Virus record (IMG/VR): IMGVR_UViG_3300045988_159027
Length of the DNA stretch: 64,000 nt
Strand: one strand, 5' to 3'
From: a virus
Below, piece by piece: positions 53,782 to 61,798 of the stretch (positions are counted from its first letter, which is position 1; each line of letters begins with the position of its first letter). The notes under the pieces were generated by a model that ran no database searches, was not told where the DNA came from, and saw nothing but the letters and a program-made list of their open reading frames with translations. The position numbers and the translations under genes are program-made.

Positions 53782-54102
53782 ATGAAAACAGAATATCTTG
53801 ATGAATTATACCCACATCAGTTAAAAAAACAATTATCACAGCTTGGAGTTGAATTGACGGAAGACCAGTACAGAATACTTGTTAATCGCGGGAGAACATT
53901 TCTGTATGCTCCAAGGGATAGGAAGAATAGCAAATCAAATATATTATACAGAATGACAATATTATTCTACATAATATGGGCTGTTTTTGTCAGACTTGTT
54001 ATCCAACCTATCAAATGGTTGTTTACTGGAACCGAGTATTTTAGCATGGACAGCCCTATTTATAAATTCACTGTTGGATGGGGACGTAAAATTGGATTCT
54101 AA
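53782..54102 (+). CDS. hypothetical membrane-associated protein
   Basis: 106 aa with the hydrophobic stretch ILFYIIWAVFVRLVI. Confidence 0.55.
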   Translation: MKTEYLDELYPHQLKKQLSQLGVELTEDQYRILVNRGRTFLYAPRDRKNSKSNILYRMTILFYIIWAVFVRLVIQPIKWLFTGTEYFSMDSPIYKFTVGWGRKIGF

Positions 54103-54114
54103 AAACATACGACT

Positions 54115-54318
54115 ATGAAGAAAGCATTACCTGATATAAAAGAGAATATTCCTGCACCAGAAAAACAAGAGAAAACAGTTCATCTTCACATTGAAGGAGA
54201 TTTTACTCTAAGGGATGGTAAGATATTTGTGAGTAAACTACAGACTAGCGAGCTGCCAATTACATTATGGACAGATCTGTTCAAAGTTATAAGCGATGTG
54301 TTAAAAAAAGATTTATAA
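54115..54318 (+). CDS. hypothetical protein
   Basis: 67-aa ORF. Confidence 0.5.
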   Translation: MKKALPDIKENIPAPEKQEKTVHLHIEGDFTLRDGKIFVSKLQTSELPITLWTDLFKVISDVLKKDL

Positions 54319-54321
54319 ACT

Positions 54322-54798
54322 ATGTATATCGACGATAAGAAAGCAGTCGTATTCGTACCGAAAGACGAGTACGAAAAGATGAAAGAGCTGGCCAACGCCA
54401 ACGCAGAAGAAATAGAGAAACGTGCCCTCGAAATGTGGGAAACAAAAGCAATTCCATGGCTTAAAGTCTCCATGGAGATACGAAGTAGCGGTGGACGTGA
54501 CATTCTGGATTCAGAAGAATTTGAGTTCAGGACACATTCATACCTGCTAAACCCTTCAGGGATGTTCACTATCAAAGAAGAAGCCAGACAAAGATTTGAT
54601 AAGATGCTTACTGGCTGGGCACGTCACATGATGGAGCTTCAGTTTGGTGAGCACATTTCAAAAATCAATTATATCAACGAACGATGCCACAAGGCAGATA
54701 TATTGTGGAAGAGAATGCTAACCCCGGCCATTTGTGCAGGGATTGTCGCCTTCATTATGTTTGTCTGCTTAATATGGGTTTTACTTAACATACAATAA
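54322..54798 (+). CDS. hypothetical protein with a C-terminal TM helix
   Basis: 158 aa ending ICAGIVAFIMFVCLIWVLL. Confidence 0.6.
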   Translation: MYIDDKKAVVFVPKDEYEKMKELANANAEEIEKRALEMWETKAIPWLKVSMEIRSSGGRDILDSEEFEFRTHSYLLNPSGMFTIKEEARQRFDKMLTGWARHMMELQFGEHISKINYINERCHKADILWKRMLTPAICAGIVAFIMFVCLIWVLLNIQ

Positions 54799-54800
54799 TT

Positions 54801-55067
54801 ATGACACCGGAAGAATACATAAAATCAAAAAGACGTGAAGATTATCCTGGAGGACAACTTTGTTACATTGTATCGGAAGAAACTGCCTTAAAAGCTGTAG
54901 AAATGGCAAGGGAGGAAAAGGAAAATTCAACAAAATTAAATTCGGGGATATTTGGACAGCAAGGTTGGATATGTCCAAAGTGCGGAAGGGTTTATTCTCC
55001 GTTCACATCAATGTGCAGTTATTGTTCAAATGGTAACAATTTTAATATAACTTGTCTTGGAAAATAA
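54801..55067 (+). CDS. zinc-ribbon protein
   Basis: Contains GWICPKCGRVYSPFTSMCSYCSNG. Confidence 0.6.
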   Translation: MTPEEYIKSKRREDYPGGQLCYIVSEETALKAVEMAREEKENSTKLNSGIFGQQGWICPKCGRVYSPFTSMCSYCSNGNNFNITCLGK

Positions 55068-55392
55068 AATTAGAATCCACGAAAGCCGGAAGTCAAAACT
55101 TAAATGGAAGGATATTCCTAAATTTAAGGACAGTTACCGTTGGCCTGTAGTTCAGATACAGGAGCATGAAGGTATCCTTCACTTTAAGTTTTCCGGTGGC
55201 TCCAAATACTCTCCAAACACTTACTTCACGATTGAAGATTACCGGAGATACACAGCTTTGGGAATAATCAATTCTCTTGACGATATAGGTTTCTATACCC
55301 GGCACAGCTACGATGCAGTATTGAAGTTTTACCACGATAGAGGACTGGATTTAGGATTTGCAAGAAACTTTTTAAAACCATCAAAAGCATAG
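55057..55392 (+). CDS. hypothetical protein (non-ATG start)
   Basis: The ORF has no ATG. A TTG at 55057 is the only candidate start. Confidence 0.4.
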   Translation: MENKIRIHESRKSKLKWKDIPKFKDSYRWPVVQIQEHEGILHFKFSGGSKYSPNTYFTIEDYRRYTALGIINSLDDIGFYTRHSYDAVLKFYHDRGLDLGFARNFLKPSKA

Positions 55393-55396
55393 CACC

Positions 55397-55801
55397 ATGT
55401 CAACAGAACGAAATATGAAAAATGAAAACTTTGTCACTTTTGAAGTAGCAAAGCTTCTTCAGGACAAAGGATATAGAGAAGACTGTCGTGCCAGTTACAT
55501 AACGGATGAAACAGGACGGTCGGTGCTAAGCGTATTAACGTTCCACGTGAGGAAGTTCCGTCATCTGTTAAGATATACAAGATACCAGGGTGAATACCTG
55601 GCTCCCACGCTATACGCCGCGCAAAAATGGGTCCGCACAAAAGGAAAGATCCACATCGTTGTCGACCTCAACAAACACGGCTGGTACTACCGCCTGTACG
55701 ACATGGAGGATCTGTCTCTCATATCGCAGATGGACGGATATACCGACACATTCGAGAAAGCTTTGAATGACGGAATAAAAGAGTCATTAACCTACTTATA
55801 A
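55397..55801 (+). CDS. hypothetical protein
   Basis: 134-aa ORF. Confidence 0.6.
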   Translation: MSTERNMKNENFVTFEVAKLLQDKGYREDCRASYITDETGRSVLSVLTFHVRKFRHLLRYTRYQGEYLAPTLYAAQKWVRTKGKIHIVVDLNKHGWYYRLYDMEDLSLISQMDGYTDTFEKALNDGIKESLTYL

Positions 55802-55811
55802 GAATCAGCTT

Positions 55812-56228
55812 ATGTTTACACAACCTTGTTTTATAAGGAATGCGAGAAAAGAATTGGCATTCAATGTGGCAGCATTAGGCTACACTGCAATGTACATGGT
55901 TTTCCGGAACAATATAGAAGGGAATCACCTCGTTTTAGAAGGAGATACCTGGCATTTTACAGACTCGGACAATCATCCACACTGTATTGACTGCGGTGCA
56001 AACGAGGACCTGTTCCTGGCAATAGCAGCTTTACGTGACGATACGGATAGAGGACAATGGTTCGTGGAAAATGATGAAAATGTTTGGCTGCAATGTGTGG
56101 ATAATAAGTTTGTATTTTATACCTGGATAAATGAATCCGGATCTTATGAGGAGAAAGACATTTCAATCTTATACCACAAAGCCACTGTACAGGAACTAAT
56201 CGAACATTTTAACATAAAGGATAGATAG
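55812..56228 (+). CDS. cassette-like paralogue A (conserved ends, divergent middle)
   Basis: MFTQPCFIRN ... IDCGANEDLFLAIAALRDDTDRGQWF ... HKATVQELIEHFNIKDR. Confidence 0.7.
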   Translation: MFTQPCFIRNARKELAFNVAALGYTAMYMVFRNNIEGNHLVLEGDTWHFTDSDNHPHCIDCGANEDLFLAIAALRDDTDRGQWFVENDENVWLQCVDNKFVFYTWINESGSYEEKDISILYHKATVQELIEHFNIKDR

Positions 56229-56231
56229 ACT

Positions 56232-56669
56232 ATGTTTACACAACCTTGTTTTATCCGGAAGAACACACCGGAACTAAGAAAGAAACTGGAGGAACTCGGA
56301 TATATACCATTGACAATGAATCTACTATTGGAGAAAGCTCCTACGCTGGTAGCGATGGAATCTCCTCGTGGAAATCCAATATTTTACGCTGTGATATATA
56401 TTCACGAATATGTCAAGATGTTTCAAAATGAAATCAAATTTATTGACTGCGGAACCAATGAAAACCTGTTCTTGGCAATAGCAGCGTTACGTGACGACAC
56501 AGATTATGGCCAATGGTTCATTTTTGATGCAGAATCCTTTTTAACCTTAAAGAGAGGGGATTGGATGAAATTTATAGGTTACGATGAATGTGTCATAAAT
56601 AGCCCTATGTGGTCTCACAAAGCCACCGTCCAGGAACTTATTGAACATTTTAATATAAAAGACAAATAG
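56232..56669 (+). CDS. cassette-like paralogue B
   Basis: MFTQPCFIRK ... IDCGTNENLFLAIAALRDDTDYGQWF ... HKATVQELIEHFNIKDK. Confidence 0.7.
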   Translation: MFTQPCFIRKNTPELRKKLEELGYIPLTMNLLLEKAPTLVAMESPRGNPIFYAVIYIHEYVKMFQNEIKFIDCGTNENLFLAIAALRDDTDYGQWFIFDAESFLTLKRGDWMKFIGYDECVINSPMWSHKATVQELIEHFNIKDK

Positions 56670-56714
56670 ATTTGCTTACATTGAAGATTTAACGCCTGAA
56701 ATAGAGGACTTATT

Positions 56715-56978
56715 ATGAAATGGGAAACAAAAGGACAATTAGCTAAAGCCTTAAATAACGGCAACAATAAAAAAGTCTGCGATATTATTCTGAGCAATGA
56801 AATGGATATGCAGGCGTGGGACATGTTTGTTTTCGGCATGGATCTAAATAAAAGTGATGATTACATGAGTTTGTATGATAAACTTTTTTCCGTAAAAGAC
56901 GAGTATATAAAGCAAGCAGGGATAGTAGCAACACTTAGATTTCGATATTTACTTTCAAAATTAGGAATAATAGATTGA
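56715..56978 (+). CDS. hypothetical protein
   Basis: 87-aa ORF. Confidence 0.55.
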   Translation: MKWETKGQLAKALNNGNNKKVCDIILSNEMDMQAWDMFVFGMDLNKSDDYMSLYDKLFSVKDEYIKQAGIVATLRFRYLLSKLGIID

Positions 56979-56981
56979 ATT

Positions 56982-57197
56982 ATGGCAAAGAAAGAATTTG
57001 AAATAGGAGAAGTTTTTCAATGTGGACTTGTAAAGCTTAAAGTAGTAAAACAAGAAAAGATTGGAACTTGTACAGAATGCGCTTTGAATGGGTTGGAATA
57101 TTGTACAGCTGTACAAGAATTTATTGGCAGTTGTTACCATGCTGCCAGAGAAGATAAAACGGATATAGTGTTTGTAAAAGTGGAGGAAGAACCATGA
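56982..57197 (+). CDS. Cys-rich small protein, paralogue of 10709-10933
   Basis: MAKKEFEIGEVFQCGLVKLKV ... REDKTDIVFVKVEEEP. Confidence 0.7.
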   Translation: MAKKEFEIGEVFQCGLVKLKVVKQEKIGTCTECALNGLEYCTAVQEFIGSCYHAAREDKTDIVFVKVEEEP

Positions 57198-57544
57198 TAT
57201 TCATACCAGAAGATTTCAAATCTATTCGCATTAAAAAGACCAACATCGTGGCAAAACGACTGCTGGAAGGAGCCATAAGAGAGATAAAGAAATGTCCAAA
57301 AGAATATAGGGAGATGTTACTCAGTCAGTGCGCACCATGGCGCCCGGATGACTATAATATAGAATACAAGGAAATGTCAGCTGGATTCAAGATATTCAAA
57401 AGATACCTGAATATAAAAGGATTCCATGATGTAAAATACGCCGAGCATATAGAACATCCGGAATGGACCGTATTCTTTTATCTCCGGTTTGAAATAGACA
57501 AATACCTAATAGAATCATGCCAAATGCTAACGTCGAAAAGATAA
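57194..57544 (+). CDS. hypothetical protein
   Basis: 116-aa ORF. Confidence 0.6.
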   Translation: MIFIPEDFKSIRIKKTNIVAKRLLEGAIREIKKCPKEYREMLLSQCAPWRPDDYNIEYKEMSAGFKIFKRYLNIKGFHDVKYAEHIEHPEWTVFFYLRFEIDKYLIESCQMLTSKR

Positions 57545-57999
57545 AGGCCAGTCTGCTGAAAGAAATCAAAGGAGTGTTCTGTGAAGGATATTGTCTTTAC
57601 TACAAAGACGATTACTACTGCGGAGCCTGCCCGTTAAACGACACAAGCAACTGGCTCAACCGGAAGAAACCCATTGCAAGGGAAGAAAAACTACGCACCG
57701 TGAATTTCTGCGACGGCTGCATCCATTTCCGCCCGCTGAAAGAAGGGGAGAAGCAAAAGCCAAACAGTCAGCTTTGCGAGTTTGTCCGTCCTCTCAGGTT
57801 CAGGGTAGGGAATGAATACAATGGGGAAGATACAGGTTTCTTCCTGCCCGGTTGCAAGGTCTACAAAAAGGAAGAACGAGAATGCCGCACGTGCCTTCAT
57901 TACCTTCCATCGGAAGATTCAGACTCGGGTGAATGCAGTCTCTATTCTGACACGGCGTACAGCCATTATTTATGCAATGATTGGAAATCTAAAGACTAA
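57517..57999 (+). CDS. Cys-rich protein (multiple CxxC pairs)
   Basis: 160 aa with CEGYC, CGAC, CDGC, CRTC and C..C. Confidence 0.6.
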   Translation: MPNANVEKIKASLLKEIKGVFCEGYCLYYKDDYYCGACPLNDTSNWLNRKKPIAREEKLRTVNFCDGCIHFRPLKEGEKQKPNSQLCEFVRPLRFRVGNEYNGEDTGFFLPGCKVYKKEERECRTCLHYLPSEDSDSGECSLYSDTAYSHYLCNDWKSKD

Positions 58000-58004
58000 A
58001 GCCT

Positions 58005-58430
58005 ATGGAAGAAGATAAAAAACAAATAATCATTCCTCTGTCAGAATATAGAAGGATGGAAAAGAAGATTTCTGACCTTACCAGAATGAATAAACGTAGG
58101 GAGAAAACTTCCTTAAATGGGAAAGAATGTAGGTGGGAGAAAATATATAATAAACACATCGGTAACAATGAATATGTAAATGTACCTCACATCCTGTTCT
58201 TTCACAATTCATTAACCGACTACATTCATTATTTAGAAACAAGGTTAAATGTAGAAGAGCAAGAGAACAGCGATTTAAAGGTAAATGAAAGAGTGCTTAA
58301 AGACGTTTACCTTCAGATAAAGAAGCAAAAACGTGATTTACACTGGTGGCAGCTCTGCCAAAGGATGAAAATCAACCGTATGTTGGAACTAATAGAAAAA
58401 AGAGTAAAATGGACGCAATACGATTTTTAA
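58005..58430 (+). CDS. hypothetical protein
   Basis: 141-aa ORF. Confidence 0.6.
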   Translation: MEEDKKQIIIPLSEYRRMEKKISDLTRMNKRREKTSLNGKECRWEKIYNKHIGNNEYVNVPHILFFHNSLTDYIHYLETRLNVEEQENSDLKVNERVLKDVYLQIKKQKRDLHWWQLCQRMKINRMLELIEKRVKWTQYDF

Positions 58431-58438
58431 AGGGACGC

Positions 58439-58855
58439 ATGAAAGTATGGTGCAGAAGCCGGGTAAGATGGGAGAGAGAAAATCTTTACCTTCTCCCCAG
58501 TGGAGATTTCACGGATGACCAAGGCCGGCTGCACAGGCGCGAAGGCCATACAGCATACGTCACCCTGGAGGATGCGATTTCAGCCATCCGGATGGTGGAA
58601 GAAAAGTTCCTTTCCGATAAAGAAACAGAACTTCAACGGTTAGAATCGGAGAATTACTTATTGCATAAAGCCAGAGAAATATCTGGGGAGGTAACAGATA
58701 TAGAAAAAAATAAATGTATAACCTACGAAAAGACATTAGAGGAGAAATTAAAAGAGGTAAAAATGGATTACATTTTTGGTAAAATTACTTTAGAGGAAGC
58801 AATTAAAATAATTAACGGAGAGAATAGCCTATGCCAACCACAATCAAACGAATAG
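58439..58855 (+). CDS. hypothetical protein
   Basis: Non-overlapping ATG of the track ORF 58346-58855. An ATG at 58409 is an alternative. Confidence 0.5.
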   Translation: MKVWCRSRVRWERENLYLLPSGDFTDDQGRLHRREGHTAYVTLEDAISAIRMVEEKFLSDKETELQRLESENYLLHKAREISGEVTDIEKNKCITYEKTLEEKLKEVKMDYIFGKITLEEAIKIINGENSLCQPQSNE

Positions 58856-59007
58856 TGAGCGTACTTTACCGGGCACGAACCAATAAATACGAGGTGCAGG
58901 CTGTGGCCGAAAAGAATGGCCGGCCATGTGTTATCACGCTGTATTATAGAAATGAAAAAGAAGCAAGAAAACTAAAGAAAGGAGACGTAATAGATGGAAA
59001 CAATTGA
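58831..59007 (+). CDS. hypothetical small protein (58 aa, not in the ORF track)
   Basis: Hand translation gives MPTTIKRIVSVLYRARTNKYEVQAVAEKNGRPCVITLYYRNEKEARKLKKGDVIDGNN. Confidence 0.4.
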   Translation: MPTTIKRIVSVLYRARTNKYEVQAVAEKNGRPCVITLYYRNEKEARKLKKGDVIDGNN

Positions 59008-59598
59008 AGCGATAAACCTGAACAAACTGAGAGATGAAGCCTACCAGAACGCCGTAGAACACGGATGGCACGACGAGGATTTGAGCGACGAGCATTTCCT
59101 TTGCTGGTCATTAGCGAGCTGATGGAAGCTGTGCAGGCCGAAAGAAAAGGTAAACGGTCCGATGTGGCAAAGTTTAATGAATGGCAAGGAAACAATATCC
59201 CATTTAGCGAAGAAACCCGAGTAAGAAGATTTCAGGAAGATTTTGAAGCGTATATAAAAGACAGTGTGGAAGACGAATTGGCCGATGTCTGCATTCGTAT
59301 ATTTGACCTGGCAGGATTGAGGAAAACAAATTTTTCAGACATACAATTTTCTTTCAATTATCGGAAAGAATACATACAGGAAAGAAGCAAAAAGACTTTT
59401 ACCGAGTGGTGTTATGATGTAGTACAGACTATCTCAAAGTATAGAAACAAATATCCTATTGCATATCTGTTTATAGGAATTTTAGAGGAAATATCCTGCA
59501 TGTCCAAAATCAAAGGATTCGACCTCCTCTGGCACATCGAACAAAAAATGAAGTATAACCTCACCCGTCCACGCATGCACGGGAACAACAAATTTTAA
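58994..59598 (+). pseudogene. MazG-like nucleotide pyrophosphohydrolase with a frame break near 59096-59107
   Basis: Frame 2 gives METIEAINLNKLRDEAYQNAVEHGWHDEDLSDEHFLC... and stops at 59122. Frame 1 continues LLVISELMEAVQAERKG...VEDELADVCIRIFDLAG, which carries the MazG-type acidic motifs. Confidence 0.5.
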
Positions 59599-59600
59599 TT

Positions 59601-59996
59601 ATGAATACCGCAGACTTAATAATCAGCATCGTTTTTGTTTGCATTAACTCCACCGCGCTATTCCTGATTTACCGGTCCATATCGCGATGGATGACCCGAA
59701 ACGAGAAGAAAATAGACAACCTGGAGCACGCCGTTCTCAAAATTGACGACTACATAAAATACAGCTCTCACACCATTGACGCGGTTTACATCGACGCACA
59801 GAACAGGCTAATCGAACAGTTTGTGAAAGATGAAGATTATGAGCGGGCTTCCATCGTCAAGAAAAACCGGCAGTTGGTAGAAGCTGCTGTACTCGAAGAA
59901 ATGAAACGCCGCATGAAAGAAAAGGAAGCAGAACTTTTCAAAGACTCAATAAACAAAGAATATAACCAGAAGAAAGGAGACACGAAAGAAGGATGA
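59601..59996 (+). CDS. membrane-anchored protein with a UVR-like motif
   Basis: N-terminal TM helix LIISIVFVCINSTALFLIY. DEDYERASIVKKNRQL resembles a UVR motif. Confidence 0.6.
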   Translation: MNTADLIISIVFVCINSTALFLIYRSISRWMTRNEKKIDNLEHAVLKIDDYIKYSSHTIDAVYIDAQNRLIEQFVKDEDYERASIVKKNRQLVEAAVLEEMKRRMKEKEAELFKDSINKEYNQKKGDTKEG

Positions 59997-60036
59997 TTTT
60001 TAGTCCTTCATAAACGAAGCTTGTACAATAAGTTTT
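59997..60036 (+). promoter_or_regulatory. phage late-promoter motif, copy 6 (degenerate, orphan)
   Basis: T5-a-GTCCTTCATA (60003-60012), N16, then TAAGTTTT (60029-60036). No ORF follows. Confidence 0.35.
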
Positions 60037-60090
60037 ATCTACTGGTCGAATTAAAACGATAATTAATCACAATCTGATTCATTTTTAAGG

Positions 60091-60130
60091 AGGCGTAGAA
60101 GTGTATGTAATAGCACTTTTACGCCTTTTT
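60091..60130 (+). terminator. rho-independent terminator
   Basis: AGGCGTAGAAGTG-tatgtaatag-CACTTTTACGCCT forms a 13-bp stem (one G-U pair), followed by TTTT. Confidence 0.6.
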
Positions 60131-60170
60131 CTGTCAACAAAAGCCGTATTTCGTCACATAAATTCCAAAC

Positions 60171-60248
60171 TGGCGTAGTATCGCCACTGTGGCCGCGCTT
60201 AATAGACACTTTTGCTGCGTAGTTACGCCATTTGAGTGGCGTAGGCAC
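60171..60248. repeat. structured repeat element B (homologue of element A at 5165-5259)
   Basis: TGGCGTAGTATCGCCACT-N5-CGCGCTTAATAGA has the same spacing as in A. Degenerate extra units lie at 60216-60230 and 60235-60248. Confidence 0.7.
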
Positions 60249-60335
60249 GAGACTTTCGGGAAAATCGTTCCGGCACAAAGAGAAAATCGCTTAGAAAATC
60301 AATTCAGTATCAAATATTACAAGTTTTACACACCC

Positions 60336-60475
60336 TTTGCAAAACATTTTGCAATTTGATAATCAGTTAGTTAAGTATCATTTGTAAGCAATTTTGTAAA
60401 GCTTGCGAAGCGTTGGCGAAATTTTTGCAATGAATAACTATCTGATAATCAATTAAAAGTATTGTACTTTTTGAT
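60336..60475. repeat. TTGYAA hexamer array plus GATAATCARTTA boxes and an AAAAGTA inverted pair
   Basis: TTGCAA occurs at 60337, 60349 and 60425, TTGTAA at 60382 and 60394. GATAATCAGTTAGTTA lies at 60358-60373 and GATAATCAATTAAAAG at 60444-60459. AAAAGTAttgTACTTTT lies at 60455-60471. Confidence 0.55.
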
Positions 60476-60618
60476 ATTTTGCCGATTTTTCACGAAAAAC
60501 GAGTTTACAAAATCTTTAAAATAAAAATTTTTCGTAGGGTAGAGAAGGGTGTACATCAGTCGAATCATTTCTTCCTGTGAGCGTCCGAATGGGGAAGGAA
60601 TCCGAAGGGAAACCTGAA

Positions 60619-60688
60619 AGAACGAAAGGAGGGAAAGGTCGGCCTGCGGAACGCGGGACGACAAAGCTCGCCTTTCCCCTTTCGTTCT
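60619..60688 (+). other. long imperfect hairpin, candidate structured RNA
   Basis: AGAACGAAAGGaGGgAAAGG pairs with CCTTTCCCCTTTCGTTCT (18 bp, two bulges). A nested CCTGCG-gaa-CGCGGG stem has a G-T pair that only works on the plus strand. Confidence 0.3.
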
Positions 60689-60826
60689 ACTTCCTTTATA
60701 TCCAACTTCACCGTGTAACAGAGAGAGCTACGCAATGGACATAAGAGAAAAAGCCGGACAGCCTGAAATCTGTTCTTTACCGAAAAAATACGTTTTCTTC
60801 ACTTCAAAATCAATGAACAATCGGCA

Positions 60827-60928
60827 ATAACTATTTATTTATTATTTATTATACACTATAAATAATTGATAATTAAATAAATAAGTATTGAGAAGTGTTT
60901 TGCAAGAAAATTGCACAGCTTTGCAAAA
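60827..60928. other. near-pure A/T tract followed by three helically phased TTGCA boxes
   Basis: 60827-60888 is almost only A/T, with ATTTATT repeats. TTGCAA, TTGCAC and TTGCAA lie at 60900, 60911 and 60921. Confidence 0.4.
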
Positions 60929-61045
60929 TCGTGAAAAACACGCAAAATAAGACCCCAGTCGCTTAACCTTTTTTTGTTGAATGAAATTCCGATTGGTGTT
61001 GAATCGTCCGTAACTTGCTGTTGATTAATTGATTTACGTATATTT

Positions 61046-61693
61046 ATGAAAAGCCACAGCACAAAAAAGAATGTATCTGCACCTCCGGTAATGTATGTCA
61101 AGCTTAGCATATACCTCCGCAAATACATGGAAAGCAGATATGGTAAAGATGTATTGATTATTCCATTTATGAGCCCTATTTACACGTGTATGGAGCAGTA
61201 TTTGGTGAATAATTACAGTATGGTAAGGATAAGTCCAAGATCATGCTCACAACGTATGTTCAACTATAACGGCACATCGGATTTATTTGAAAGAAGTGGT
61301 ATTTGTGTAATGGACACCGCTGAAAAACAGGAATATATTGCCGTACAGATACCCGAAAGAGTGTTTAAGGGTGGATTGATTGTGAAGACTTCAGATAACT
61401 GGCAGCTAAGCAATACCGGGTTTGTAGAGTTCAACAAACTGGTGAAGCGTGAGTTCTGGATGGAATGTATGAAGTTTGTGGATGAATGTTTTACTTCTGC
61501 GCGAATTCAGGGATTGCGTACTACACGTGAGAATGCAATTTCTGATTTTATGGTAGCCATGAATATTCCTATGCAGTATTATGAGAATATGATCAGATAT
61601 TACAAACGAATGATAAACCGCATCCATTCTGAGATTGAAAAAAAAAGAGAGTGGCTTGAAAGCTTAAATGACACCGCATTAACTTATACATAA
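61046..61693 (+). CDS. hypothetical protein (possible regulator by position)
   Basis: 215-aa ORF, the first gene after the gene-free region and upstream of the head genes. Confidence 0.6.
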   Translation: MKSHSTKKNVSAPPVMYVKLSIYLRKYMESRYGKDVLIIPFMSPIYTCMEQYLVNNYSMVRISPRSCSQRMFNYNGTSDLFERSGICVMDTAEKQEYIAVQIPERVFKGGLIVKTSDNWQLSNTGFVEFNKLVKREFWMECMKFVDECFTSARIQGLRTTRENAISDFMVAMNIPMQYYENMIRYYKRMINRIHSEIEKKREWLESLNDTALTYT

Positions 61694-61798
61694 GAAGAAA
61701 TTAATACATGGATAACCTGAAATAATAGTTAAAAAACAAGGGATTTTGTCCCCCTGTTTGTCCCCCTTTATTTTCAACCACAAAACAACACATAAATC

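Noticed and set aside
5165-60248. Elements A and B as attL/attR of a prophage spanning 5.2-60.2 kb.
   Set aside because: Late virion genes with the same promoter motif lie outside both elements (portal to the left of A, protease-scaffold to the right of B). The elements are multi-unit hairpin arrays rather than a simple shared core.
60063-61128. Track ORFs 60063-60278, 60449-60664 and 60856-61128 (all minus strand) in the gene-free region.
   Set aside because: They have no start context and odd composition. They overlap terminator, repeat and hairpin structures, and the last one runs antisense into the 61046 gene start. They are treated as non-coding.
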